Of a stretch of 64,000 bases of DNA, positions 39,505 to 47,594 are shown piece after piece. Under the pieces are notes generated by a model. The model saw nothing but the letters and a program-made list of their open reading frames with translations, was not told the DNA's origin and searched no databases. The translations under genes and the position numbers were made by a program. The DNA comes from Pirellulales bacterium (GTDB lineage: Bacteria > Planctomycetota > Planctomycetia > Pirellulales > UBA1268), in contig JBILVO010000003.1 in the NCBI GenBank assembly GCA_044370415.1, forward strand, positions 12,526 to 76,525. The letters are read 5' to 3'. The stretch's first letter is position 1; the number at the start of each line of letters is the position of its first letter.

Positions 39505-42018
39505 GTGCTGGAGAATGCGATGCAGGCGACACGCCCCGCGGCGACCGAGCGATCCTTTCCGTCAGCGGGGCGGATCCTCCGCCGCGTCGCCCTGGTCGTG
39601 GCGCTGCTCGTGGCGCTGCTCGTGCCGCCCGTCGTGGCGACCGCGTCGTCGCCGCAGTTGACGGTCATCCTCCCGCGTGGCGTGCAGCGCGGCGGCGATC
39701 GCGAGCTGACGTTCACGGGTGACCGCCTCGGCGACGCCGAGGAGATCCTGTTCCACAGCGACGACGGGTTCGTCGTCCGGTCGCTCCAGCCGGTCGACGC
39801 AAAGTCGTTCAAGGCGGTGGTCCACGTCCCCGAGAACTGCACGCTCGGCGAGCACATCGTGCACGTGCGGGCGAAGTCGGGCGTCAGCGAGTATCGGTCG
39901 TTCTGGGTCGGTGCGCTGCCGGTCGTCGACGAGGTGGAGCCCAACGGTCTCGTGGAGCAGGCGCAGGCCGTGCCGCTCAACACGACGGTGCACGGCGTGG
40001 TGCAGAGCGAGGACGTGGACCTGTTCGCCGTCGACCTCACGAAGGGGCAGCGGATCAGCGTCGAGGTCGAGGGGCTGCGGCTCGGCAGCCACCGGTTCGA
40101 TCCGCACATCTCCATCCTCGACGCCAAGCGGTTCCAGGTGGCGGCGGTGGACGACTCGCCGGCCGCGCTGCAGGACGGCATCCTGAGCGTCGCGGCGCCC
40201 GAGGCGGGCCGCTACTACGTCCAGATCCGCGAGTCGTCGTACGCCGGCGACGCCAATTCACGATATCGGCTGCACATCGGCACGTTTCCACGGCCTTCGG
40301 CCGTCTATCCGGCCGGGGGCAAGGCGGGGGAGAAGGTACAGGTGGCCTTCCTCGGCGACGCCGCCGGGCCGATCGAGCGCGAGATCGACGTGGCCGCCAC
40401 GGGCGACACGATGAAGCTCTTCGCGACCGACGGCGACGGGCCCGGCGGCATCTGCCCGTCGCCGCTGCCGTTTCGCGTTTCGCAGGTCGGCAACGCGCTG
40501 GAGCAGGAGCCGAACAACGACGCTGCCACCGCCACGACGGGCGACCTCGGGCTCTCGTTCAACGGCGTGATCCAACAGCCCGGCGACGTCGATTGCTTCC
40601 GCTTCGGCGCCAAGAAGGGACAGTCGCTGATGGTCGAGTGCCTCGCCCGGCAGCTCCGGTCGGGGCTCGATCCCGTGGTGAGCATCACGCGGCCCGACGG
40701 CCGCGGCGTCGCCGCGAACGACGACGCCAAGGGGCTCGACTCGGCGTTCGCGTTCAATCCGCCTGAGGACGGCGAGTACATCCTCACCGTGAAGGATCAT
40801 CTCGGCCGCGGGCAGCCCGACTTCATCTACCGCGTGGAGATCCTGCCGCCGAAGGGTGAACTGTCGCTGTCGATCCCGCGGATCGACCGCTACTCGCAGA
40901 CTCGGCAGACCGTCTTCGTGCCGCGGGGCAACCGCTACGCCGTGCTCATCAACGCCACCCGGAAGAACTTCGACGGCGACCTCGTGCTCGACGGCAGCCA
41001 GCTGCCGGCCGGCATCACGATGACGGCGCCGCCGATGAAGGCGGGCCGCGGTCAGGTGCCGGTCGTCTTCGAGGCCGCCGCCGACGCACCGCTCTCGGGC
41101 AAGCTCATCGCGTTTGAGGCGCGGCAGGTCAGCGAGCAGGATCCGGAGGGCAAAAACGGGGTGCGCGGCCAGTTCGAGAACGCCGCCGACTTCGTGCTCG
41201 GGGACCCGAACCAGGCCGTCCACTACAGCGGACGCGTGCGAAAGCTCGCGGCCGCGGTGATCGATCCCGTGCCCTTCCGCGTCGACATCGTCCAGCCGAA
41301 GGCTCCGCTGGTGCGCAACGGCGTGCTGGAGCTGAAGGTGGTCGTCACGCGTGACGAGGGCTTCAAGCAGCCGGTGAAGGTTGAATTCCCGTTTCGATCG
41401 CCCGGCATCGGCGCGAAGCCCTCGATCAAGATCGAGGCCGATGCCACCGAGGGGATCTACCAGCTCAACGCCGACGGCAAAGCGGCCACGGGCACCTGGC
41501 CCGTCTACGTGCTCGCCCAGGCAGACGCCGGGGGGGCCACTTGGGTGGCGTCGCAGATGGCGTCGATCGAGGTGGTCGAGCCGTTTGCGAAGGTGACACT
41601 GGCGCGAAGCGCCTGCGAGCAGGGGAAGCCCGCCCAGGTGGTCTGCACGTTCGCACAGGCACGGCCGTTCGAGGGCGAGGGGGTGGCGCGGCTGCTCGGC
41701 CTGCCGCCGCACACGACCGCCGCGGAACTCAAGTTCACCAAGGACACGAAGGATCTCGTGTTCGACGTGGCGACCTCCGCGCAGAGCCCGGTCGGCAACC
41801 ACAAGGCGCTGTTCGTGGAGATTGCGACGCCCGTGGGCGGAGAGATGGTGCGGATGTCCGGGGGAGGCACCGAACTGCAGATCGCCGCGCCCGCGCCGGC
41901 GGCCGCGGCGGCTCCTCCCGCTCCGGCCCAGGCGGCCGCCGCTCCCCAGCCGGCCGCGGAGAAGCCACTGTCGCGGCTCGAGAAACTCAGGCAGCAGGCA
42001 CAGTCTGCCACGAAGTAG
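39505..42018 (+). CDS. Secreted multi-domain protein with two pre-peptidase C-terminal (PPC)-like domains
   Basis: GTG 39505 lies 5 nt after GGGAG; ATG 39520 is an alternative start. A signal peptide is present. EVEPNG...VHGVVQSEDVDLFAV and EQEPNNDAATA...GVIQQPGDVDCFRF are PPC-like cores. The remainder is beta-rich with no recognised family. Confidence 0.85.
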   Translation: MLENAMQATRPAATERSFPSAGRILRRVALVVALLVALLVPPVVATASSPQLTVILPRGVQRGGDRELTFTGDRLGDAEEILFHSDDGFVVRSLQPVDAKSFKAVVHVPENCTLGEHIVHVRAKSGVSEYRSFWVGALPVVDEVEPNGLVEQAQAVPLNTTVHGVVQSEDVDLFAVDLTKGQRISVEVEGLRLGSHRFDPHISILDAKRFQVAAVDDSPAALQDGILSVAAPEAGRYYVQIRESSYAGDANSRYRLHIGTFPRPSAVYPAGGKAGEKVQVAFLGDAAGPIEREIDVAATGDTMKLFATDGDGPGGICPSPLPFRVSQVGNALEQEPNNDAATATTGDLGLSFNGVIQQPGDVDCFRFGAKKGQSLMVECLARQLRSGLDPVVSITRPDGRGVAANDDAKGLDSAFAFNPPEDGEYILTVKDHLGRGQPDFIYRVEILPPKGELSLSIPRIDRYSQTRQTVFVPRGNRYAVLINATRKNFDGDLVLDGSQLPAGITMTAPPMKAGRGQVPVVFEAAADAPLSGKLIAFEARQVSEQDPEGKNGVRGQFENAADFVLGDPNQAVHYSGRVRKLAAAVIDPVPFRVDIVQPKAPLVRNGVLELKVVVTRDEGFKQPVKVEFPFRSPGIGAKPSIKIEADATEGIYQLNADGKAATGTWPVYVLAQADAGGATWVASQMASIEVVEPFAKVTLARSACEQGKPAQVVCTFAQARPFEGEGVARLLGLPPHTTAAELKFTKDTKDLVFDVATSAQSPVGNHKALFVEIATPVGGEMVRMSGGGTELQIAAPAPAAAAAPPAPAQAAAAPQPAAEKPLSRLEKLRQQAQSATK

Positions 42019-42037
42019 CCCGGCCTCCACCCCCGTG

Positions 42038-44761
42038 ATGCCCGCACCCATGACGACGACCGCTTCACTTCGCCGGGTTCTGCTGCTCGCCTCGCTGGCG
42101 GCCTGCCTGCTCCGCGTCGCAGCACTGCAGGCGGAGGAGGCCGCAGCGGCACCGCCGCCGGCAGCCGCCGCCGCGCCAGCCGCTGCAGCCAACACACCAG
42201 CAGCACCAGCAGCACCAGCAGCACCGGCGGCACCGGCGGCACCGGCGGCACCGGCGGCACCGGCGGCACCGCAGCCCGCTCCGGCCGCGGCGCCGGCTCC
42301 AGCGCCGCAGCCGCCAGCCGCGGCCGCGTCGGCACCGCCCGCGCCGGCCCCTGCCGCCGCGTTGGCCGCCGCGCCGGCCACGCCGCCGGCACCGGCCGCT
42401 CCGGCTGTCGTCGACGTGCGGGTCTATCCTCCCGCGGTGCACCTGTCGACGGCCCGCGACCGGCAATCGCTGGTCGTCCAGTCGGTCGACGCCTCGGGGG
42501 TGACCCGCGACGTGACCGGCCAGGCGACGTTCGCCGTCGAGCACGCCGACAAGGCCAGGCTCGACGGCCGCACGCTTCTGCCCTTGGCCGATGGCGACAC
42601 GCAGTTGAATGTCACCGTCGCCGGCCGCACCGTGCAGGTGCCGGTGCACGTCGACCACGCCACGACCACCCCCGACGTCAGCTTCCGGCTCGACGTGATG
42701 CCCGTGCTGATGCGGAACGGATGCAACGCCGGCAGTTGCCACGGCGCCGCCCGCGGCAAGGACGGTTTCCGCCTCTCGCTCTTCGGATTCGACCCGCAGG
42801 CCGACTACCACCGCCTCACGCGGGAGATCAGCGGCCGCCGGATCAACCGCGCCCTCCCGGAGGAGAGCCTGCTCCTCACGAAGGCCACGAACGTGGTGCC
42901 ACACGGCGGCGGCGCGAAGATCAAGAAGGACGACGAGTACCACGCGACCCTGAAGCGGTGGCTCGAGGCCGGGGCGAAGAACGACCCCGGCGAGGTCCCC
43001 GCCGTGGTGGCGGTGGAGGTCTTCCCGCCGGAGGCCGTGCTCGACGGCATCGGCGCCACGCAGCAGCTCACCGTGCGGGCGAAATACGCCGACGGCACCG
43101 ACCGCGACGTGACGTCATTGGCGGTCTTCCTCAGCAACAACGACAACTCGGCGAAGGTCGGCTCCGACGGCCTGGTCACGGCCGGGCAGCGGGGCGAGGC
43201 CTTCGTCATGGCGCGATTCGAGACCCACACCGTCGGCGTGCCGTTCATCACGCTGCCCGCCGGCTTGGCGTTCCAGTGGGCGAACCCTCCCGCCGCGAAC
43301 GTCGTCGACGAGCTCGTGAACGAGAAGCTGCACAAGCTGCGGATCAACCCGTCGGCGGTCTGCAGCGACGCCGAATTTCTCCGACGGGCCAGCATCGACA
43401 TCTGCGGCGTGCTGCCGACGTCGGACGAGTACCGCTCCTTCATGGCCAGCACCGACCCGGAGAAGCGGGCGCACCTCGTCGACCAGCTCCTCACCCGCAA
43501 GGAGTTCGTCGACCTGTGGGTGATGAAGTGGGCCGAGCTGATGATGATCCGCACGGTCCAGAACCAGGTCAGCTACAAGGCGATGCTGCTTTACTACAGC
43601 TGGCTGCAGGACCGGATCGAGGCGAACACGCCGATCGACCAGCTCGTGCAGGAACTGCTGGGGGCCAAGGGCGGCACGTTCTCGAGCCCGGCCACGAACT
43701 ACTTCCAGCACGAGCGCGACACGCTCAAGACGGCCGAGAACGTCGCCCAGGTCTTCATGGGGATGCGGATCCAGTGCGCCCAGTGCCACAACCATCCGTT
43801 CGACCGCTGGACGATGGACGACTACTACGGCTTCGCCAACTTCTTCGCCCAGATCGGCCGCAAGCAGGGGGAGGACCCGCGGGAGACGATCATCTTCAAT
43901 TCCGGCGGTGGCGACGTGAAGCACCCCGTCGGCGGCCGGGTCGTTCCGCCGAAGTTCCTCGGGGGCGCGTCGCCCGACACGAAGGGCAAGGACCGCCGCG
44001 AGATGCTGGCCGCCTGGCTGGCGTCGCCCGACAACCCGCACTTCGGCCGGAACCTCGCCAACATCGTCTGGGCCCATTTCTTCGGCGCCGGCATCGTCGA
44101 CGACGTGGACGACGTCCGCGTCAGCAATCCGCCGGTCAACGAGGAACTGCTCGACACGCTGGCGAAGCGGTTCGTGGAATCGAAGTACGACTTCAAGAAG
44201 CTGATCCGCGACATCTGCACCTCGCAGACGTACCAGCGTTCGACCCATGCCAACGAGACCAACGCGGACGACACCCGCAACTTCTCCAAATCCCAGCTGA
44301 GGCGGGTGCGGGCCGAGGTGCTGCTCGACATGGTGACGGCGGTGACCGACACCAAGAACAAGTTCGCCGGGCTGCCGCTGGGCGCCCGTGCGGTGCAGAT
44401 CGCCGACGGCAACACGAGCACCTACTTCCTCACGACGTTTGGTCGGGCGACGCGGGCGACGGCCTGCTCTTGCGAGGTGAAGATGGAGCCCAACCTCTCG
44501 CAGGCGCTCCACCTGCTCAACGGCGACACGCTCGCCGAGAAGATCAGGTCGGGCGGCGTGATCAACAAGATGCTCGACGCGAAGGTGCCGCTGGAGAAGA
44601 TCGTCGAGGACCTCTACCTGCGGACGCTGACCCGGCCCCCCACCGACAAGGAACGGCAGGGACTGCTGGCCATCCTCAAGGACGAGCCCGATCCGCAGGC
44701 AGCGCTCGAGGATGCCTTCTGGGCGATCCTCAACTCGCGGGAATTCGTCTTCAACCACTGA
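42038..44761 (+). CDS. DUF1549 (PSCyt2) / DUF1553 (PSD1) protein with Pro/Ala-rich linker and Ig-like (Big_2-type) domain
   Basis: A signal peptide is followed by about 110 aa of P/A low complexity. GCNAGSCHGAARGKDGFRLSLFGFDP is present. The DUF1549 core is VVDELVNEKL...CSDAEFLRRASIDICGVLPT...FVDLWVMKWAELM. The DUF1553 core is YYGFANFFAQIGRK...NPPVNEELLD...LIRDICTSQTYQRS. Confidence 0.92.
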   Translation: MPAPMTTTASLRRVLLLASLAACLLRVAALQAEEAAAAPPPAAAAAPAAAANTPAAPAAPAAPAAPAAPAAPAAPAAPQPAPAAAPAPAPQPPAAAASAPPAPAPAAALAAAPATPPAPAAPAVVDVRVYPPAVHLSTARDRQSLVVQSVDASGVTRDVTGQATFAVEHADKARLDGRTLLPLADGDTQLNVTVAGRTVQVPVHVDHATTTPDVSFRLDVMPVLMRNGCNAGSCHGAARGKDGFRLSLFGFDPQADYHRLTREISGRRINRALPEESLLLTKATNVVPHGGGAKIKKDDEYHATLKRWLEAGAKNDPGEVPAVVAVEVFPPEAVLDGIGATQQLTVRAKYADGTDRDVTSLAVFLSNNDNSAKVGSDGLVTAGQRGEAFVMARFETHTVGVPFITLPAGLAFQWANPPAANVVDELVNEKLHKLRINPSAVCSDAEFLRRASIDICGVLPTSDEYRSFMASTDPEKRAHLVDQLLTRKEFVDLWVMKWAELMMIRTVQNQVSYKAMLLYYSWLQDRIEANTPIDQLVQELLGAKGGTFSSPATNYFQHERDTLKTAENVAQVFMGMRIQCAQCHNHPFDRWTMDDYYGFANFFAQIGRKQGEDPRETIIFNSGGGDVKHPVGGRVVPPKFLGGASPDTKGKDRREMLAAWLASPDNPHFGRNLANIVWAHFFGAGIVDDVDDVRVSNPPVNEELLDTLAKRFVESKYDFKKLIRDICTSQTYQRSTHANETNADDTRNFSKSQLRRVRAEVLLDMVTAVTDTKNKFAGLPLGARAVQIADGNTSTYFLTTFGRATRATACSCEVKMEPNLSQALHLLNGDTLAEKIRSGGVINKMLDAKVPLEKIVEDLYLRTLTRPPTDKERQGLLAILKDEPDPQAALEDAFWAILNSREFVFNH
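42197..42268 (+). repeat. Eight tandem 9-nt units (3 x CCAGCAGCA then 5 x CCGGCGGCA) encoding (PAA)8
   Basis: Read directly from the sequence. The units are in frame within the Pro/Ala linker of the DUF1549/DUF1553 gene. Confidence 0.9.
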
Positions 44762-44822
44762 CCGAACGGTTTCCGACCCTCCTGCCGGCCGCAGCGTCGC
44801 CGACGTAAGCCGCCCTCCAGCC

Positions 44823-47573
44823 ATGAACACCAGGCGATCGTTCCGTCTCCTCGCGGCGGCGTGCCTGTGCGCCGTGGCTGCCGGCGCCGTGGGGCGGTCC
44901 GACGAGAAGGTGACCTATCAGGATCACGCGTTGCCGGTCCTGCGGCAGCGGTGCGGGAGCTGCCACAACGCCGACAAGAAGACCGGCGGGCTCGACGTGA
45001 CGAGCTTCAGCGCGATCATGCAGGGAGGCGGGTCGGGCGACGTGCTGGTGTCGGGTGACGCCGCGAAGAGCTATCTCTTCCGCGTGGTCAACCACGACGA
45101 CGAGCCCACGATGCCGCCCGACGCACCGCCGATTCCCGAAGCCGAGCGGAAGGTGCTGCGGTCGTGGATCGACGGCGGGCTGCTGGAGAACAAGGGGAGC
45201 GTGGCGGTTGCGCCGCCGAAGAAGGTCGACGTGGCCATGGCCACGCCGGCGGGCGAGCGGCCCGCCGTGCCGCCACTGCCCGCGCACCTGCCGCTCGAGC
45301 CGGCCACGCGGACCGCGGCGGTCGACGCCTGCAGTTCCATCGCAATCAGCCCCTGGGCACCGCTCGCCGCCGTCTGCGGCCAGAAGCAGGTGCTGCTCTA
45401 CCGCACCGACTCGCTGCAGCCGGCGGGCGTCCTCGCCTTTCCCGAGGGCCGGCCCCACGTGGTGCGGTTCAGCAGGGGCGGCGGGCTGGTGCTGGCGGGC
45501 GGCGGCGTGGGGGCGGCCAGCGGCCGCGTCGTCGTCTGGAACGTGAAGAACGGGCGGCGCGTGCGGGCCGTCGGCGACGAGGCCGACGCCGTGCTGGCGG
45601 CCGACATCAGCCCCGACCAGCGGCTCGTCGCCCTGGGCGGCCCGCAGCGAGTGGTCCGCATCTTCTCGCTCGAGACCGGCGGCAAGCTGCACGACCTGGT
45701 GAAGCACACCGACTGGGTGCAGTCCGTGGCGTTCAGCCCCGACGGCGTCCTGGTGGCGACGGCCGACCGCAGCGGCGGCGTGCACGTCTGGGAGGCCGTG
45801 AGCGGACGGGACTACCTCGCGCTGCAGGCTCATCCCGCCAGCGTGACGAGCGTCGCCTGGCGCGGAGACTCGAACCTCATCGCCACCGCCTGCGAGGACG
45901 GCCAGATCCGCCTCTGGGAGCCGGCCAACGGCGGCCAGGTGAAGGCCTGGGCGGCGCACCCCGGCGGCGTCGCCTCCGTCGGATTCACCCGCGACGGACG
46001 GATCGTGTCGGTGGGACGCGACAAGGTGCCGAAGCTCTGGAAGTCGGATGGAACGCAGGAGCGGGCGTTCGAGCCGTGCGCCGACATCGGACTGGCCGCG
46101 GCGATCTGCGACGAGACCAACCGGCTCGTGGTGGGCGATTGGACTGGCGAAATCCGCGTCTGGAATGCAGCCGATGGTGCCCGCGTTGGCAGCCTCGATG
46201 CCAATCCGCCGCGGCTGGCCGAACGGCTGGCAGGTGCGGAGCAGGCCGTGCAGGCACGTTCCGCGGAACTGGCCGGCGAAGAGAAGCAGATCACTCCCGT
46301 CCTGGCCCAGGCCGTGGCCCAGGGAGCGGCGGCGGGCACGCAGCGGGAGGCCGTGGTCGGCGAGGCCGCCATGGCAGAGTCCAAGCTCGCCGAGGCCCAG
46401 AAGCAGGCCGACGCGGCGGCCGCCGTCGCCGCGGCTGCGCAGAAGTCACAGGCCGAGGCCGCTGCCGCCGTGCCCGCGCTGGAGCAGCAGGTGCAGGCCG
46501 CCGTCGCGGATGCGACGAAGGCCGGCGAGGCGGTCGCTCAGGCCGGTGAGGATGCCGTCAAGAAGGAGGCGGCCCAGCAGGCGGTCGTCGCCGCGCAGGC
46601 GAAGCAGGCCGAGGCCCAGGGCAAGCTCGACGGACACAAGGCGATGGTCGGGAAGCTCGCAGAGGCGGCGGCCGCCGCCTCTCAGGCGGCCAACGCAGCC
46701 CTGCCCCCGCGCGACCAGGCGAAGGCGGTGGTGGACGCCGCCAAGAAGAAGCTCGAGCAGGCCGACGCGGCGATCGCGGCCGCCAAGCAGCAGCAGTCAC
46801 AGCTGGAGGCCAAGCTCACCGATCTCAAAAACCGCGTCGCCGCCGCGACGGCCGAACAGGCACGCTGGAAGGCGGAACTCGAATTCCAGGCGGGCTACGA
46901 CAAGGTCTTCGCCGAACTGCGAGAGCGGGAGCAGGGGGTGGAACAGGCGGAGGCGGACGTGGCTGCCGCGGATGCCAAGCGGCAGGCGGAGGAGCAGGTG
47001 CGGCTGACGCACGTCGCCAAGCGGGACGGTTTTCAGAAGCAGATCGACTCCCTGAACGCCATGATCGCCACCGCCGAGAAGGAGTCGCAGGATCTCACCG
47101 CCCAGATCGGAAAGCGCGGCGGTGAACTGGCGGCCGTGCAGGCCGCGATCGGGCAGGCGCAGCAGGCGGTGGGGGCGCTGGAGGCCTCCGGCAAGAGCCT
47201 GCAGGAGGGGCTGGCGGCACAGCCCGCCGACGCCGAATTGAAGGCCGCCCAGGCTGCCCTGGTCGCGGCCGTGCAGGCCAAGCAGGGGCAGATCAAGCAG
47301 AAGCAGGAGATGCTGGCGGCGATGACCGCCGAGAAGGCCGGCTGGGAGCAGGGTGTTGTGGCCCGGCGTGCCGCCGTGGAGACGCACACGATGGGGATCG
47401 CCGCAGCGACCACCGCCATGCAGGAGGCCGCCAAGCCGATGGAGGCGGCGACCCAGGCCGTCGCGGCGGCGGCGAAGGTGGTCGAGGAGAAGCGGGCGGT
47501 CGTGGCCCAGCGGCAGCAGGAGCTCGACGCGGTCGGCCGTCGGCTCGACGCGGTGCAGGGGATAGCCGGCTGA
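44823..47573 (+). CDS. PSCyt1 (CxxCH heme-binding) - WD40 beta-propeller - long Ala/Gln/Glu coiled-coil protein
   Basis: ATG 44823 with a signal peptide. LRQRCGSCHNADKKTGGLD is the Planctomycete cytochrome c domain. There are about 7 WD-like blades (HTDWVQSVAFSPDG, HPASVTSVAWRGD, IRLWE, IRVWN). The last approx. 455 aa are heptad-like, A/Q/E/K-rich. Confidence 0.9.
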   Translation: MNTRRSFRLLAAACLCAVAAGAVGRSDEKVTYQDHALPVLRQRCGSCHNADKKTGGLDVTSFSAIMQGGGSGDVLVSGDAAKSYLFRVVNHDDEPTMPPDAPPIPEAERKVLRSWIDGGLLENKGSVAVAPPKKVDVAMATPAGERPAVPPLPAHLPLEPATRTAAVDACSSIAISPWAPLAAVCGQKQVLLYRTDSLQPAGVLAFPEGRPHVVRFSRGGGLVLAGGGVGAASGRVVVWNVKNGRRVRAVGDEADAVLAADISPDQRLVALGGPQRVVRIFSLETGGKLHDLVKHTDWVQSVAFSPDGVLVATADRSGGVHVWEAVSGRDYLALQAHPASVTSVAWRGDSNLIATACEDGQIRLWEPANGGQVKAWAAHPGGVASVGFTRDGRIVSVGRDKVPKLWKSDGTQERAFEPCADIGLAAAICDETNRLVVGDWTGEIRVWNAADGARVGSLDANPPRLAERLAGAEQAVQARSAELAGEEKQITPVLAQAVAQGAAAGTQREAVVGEAAMAESKLAEAQKQADAAAAVAAAAQKSQAEAAAAVPALEQQVQAAVADATKAGEAVAQAGEDAVKKEAAQQAVVAAQAKQAEAQGKLDGHKAMVGKLAEAAAAASQAANAALPPRDQAKAVVDAAKKKLEQADAAIAAAKQQQSQLEAKLTDLKNRVAAATAEQARWKAELEFQAGYDKVFAELREREQGVEQAEADVAAADAKRQAEEQVRLTHVAKRDGFQKQIDSLNAMIATAEKESQDLTAQIGKRGGELAAVQAAIGQAQQAVGALEASGKSLQEGLAAQPADAELKAAQAALVAAVQAKQGQIKQKQEMLAAMTAEKAGWEQGVVARRAAVETHTMGIAAATTAMQEAAKPMEAATQAVAAAAKVVEEKRAVVAQRQQELDAVGRRLDAVQGIAG

Positions 47574-47594
47574 GCCCGTCCTATACTCGACGGG

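Noticed and set aside
38134-42018. A 1294-aa plus-strand ORF apparently spanning the DUF1501 and PPC genes
   Set aside because: The first approx. 460 codons are an out-of-frame read through the DUF1501 gene with nonsense-like composition. The real gene starts at GTG 39505 or ATG 39520, where a signal peptide appears.
40258-42381. A 707-aa minus-strand ORF beginning with long poly-Ala/Gly
   Set aside because: It is the antisense translation of the Pro/Ala linker and PPC gene, with no independent support.
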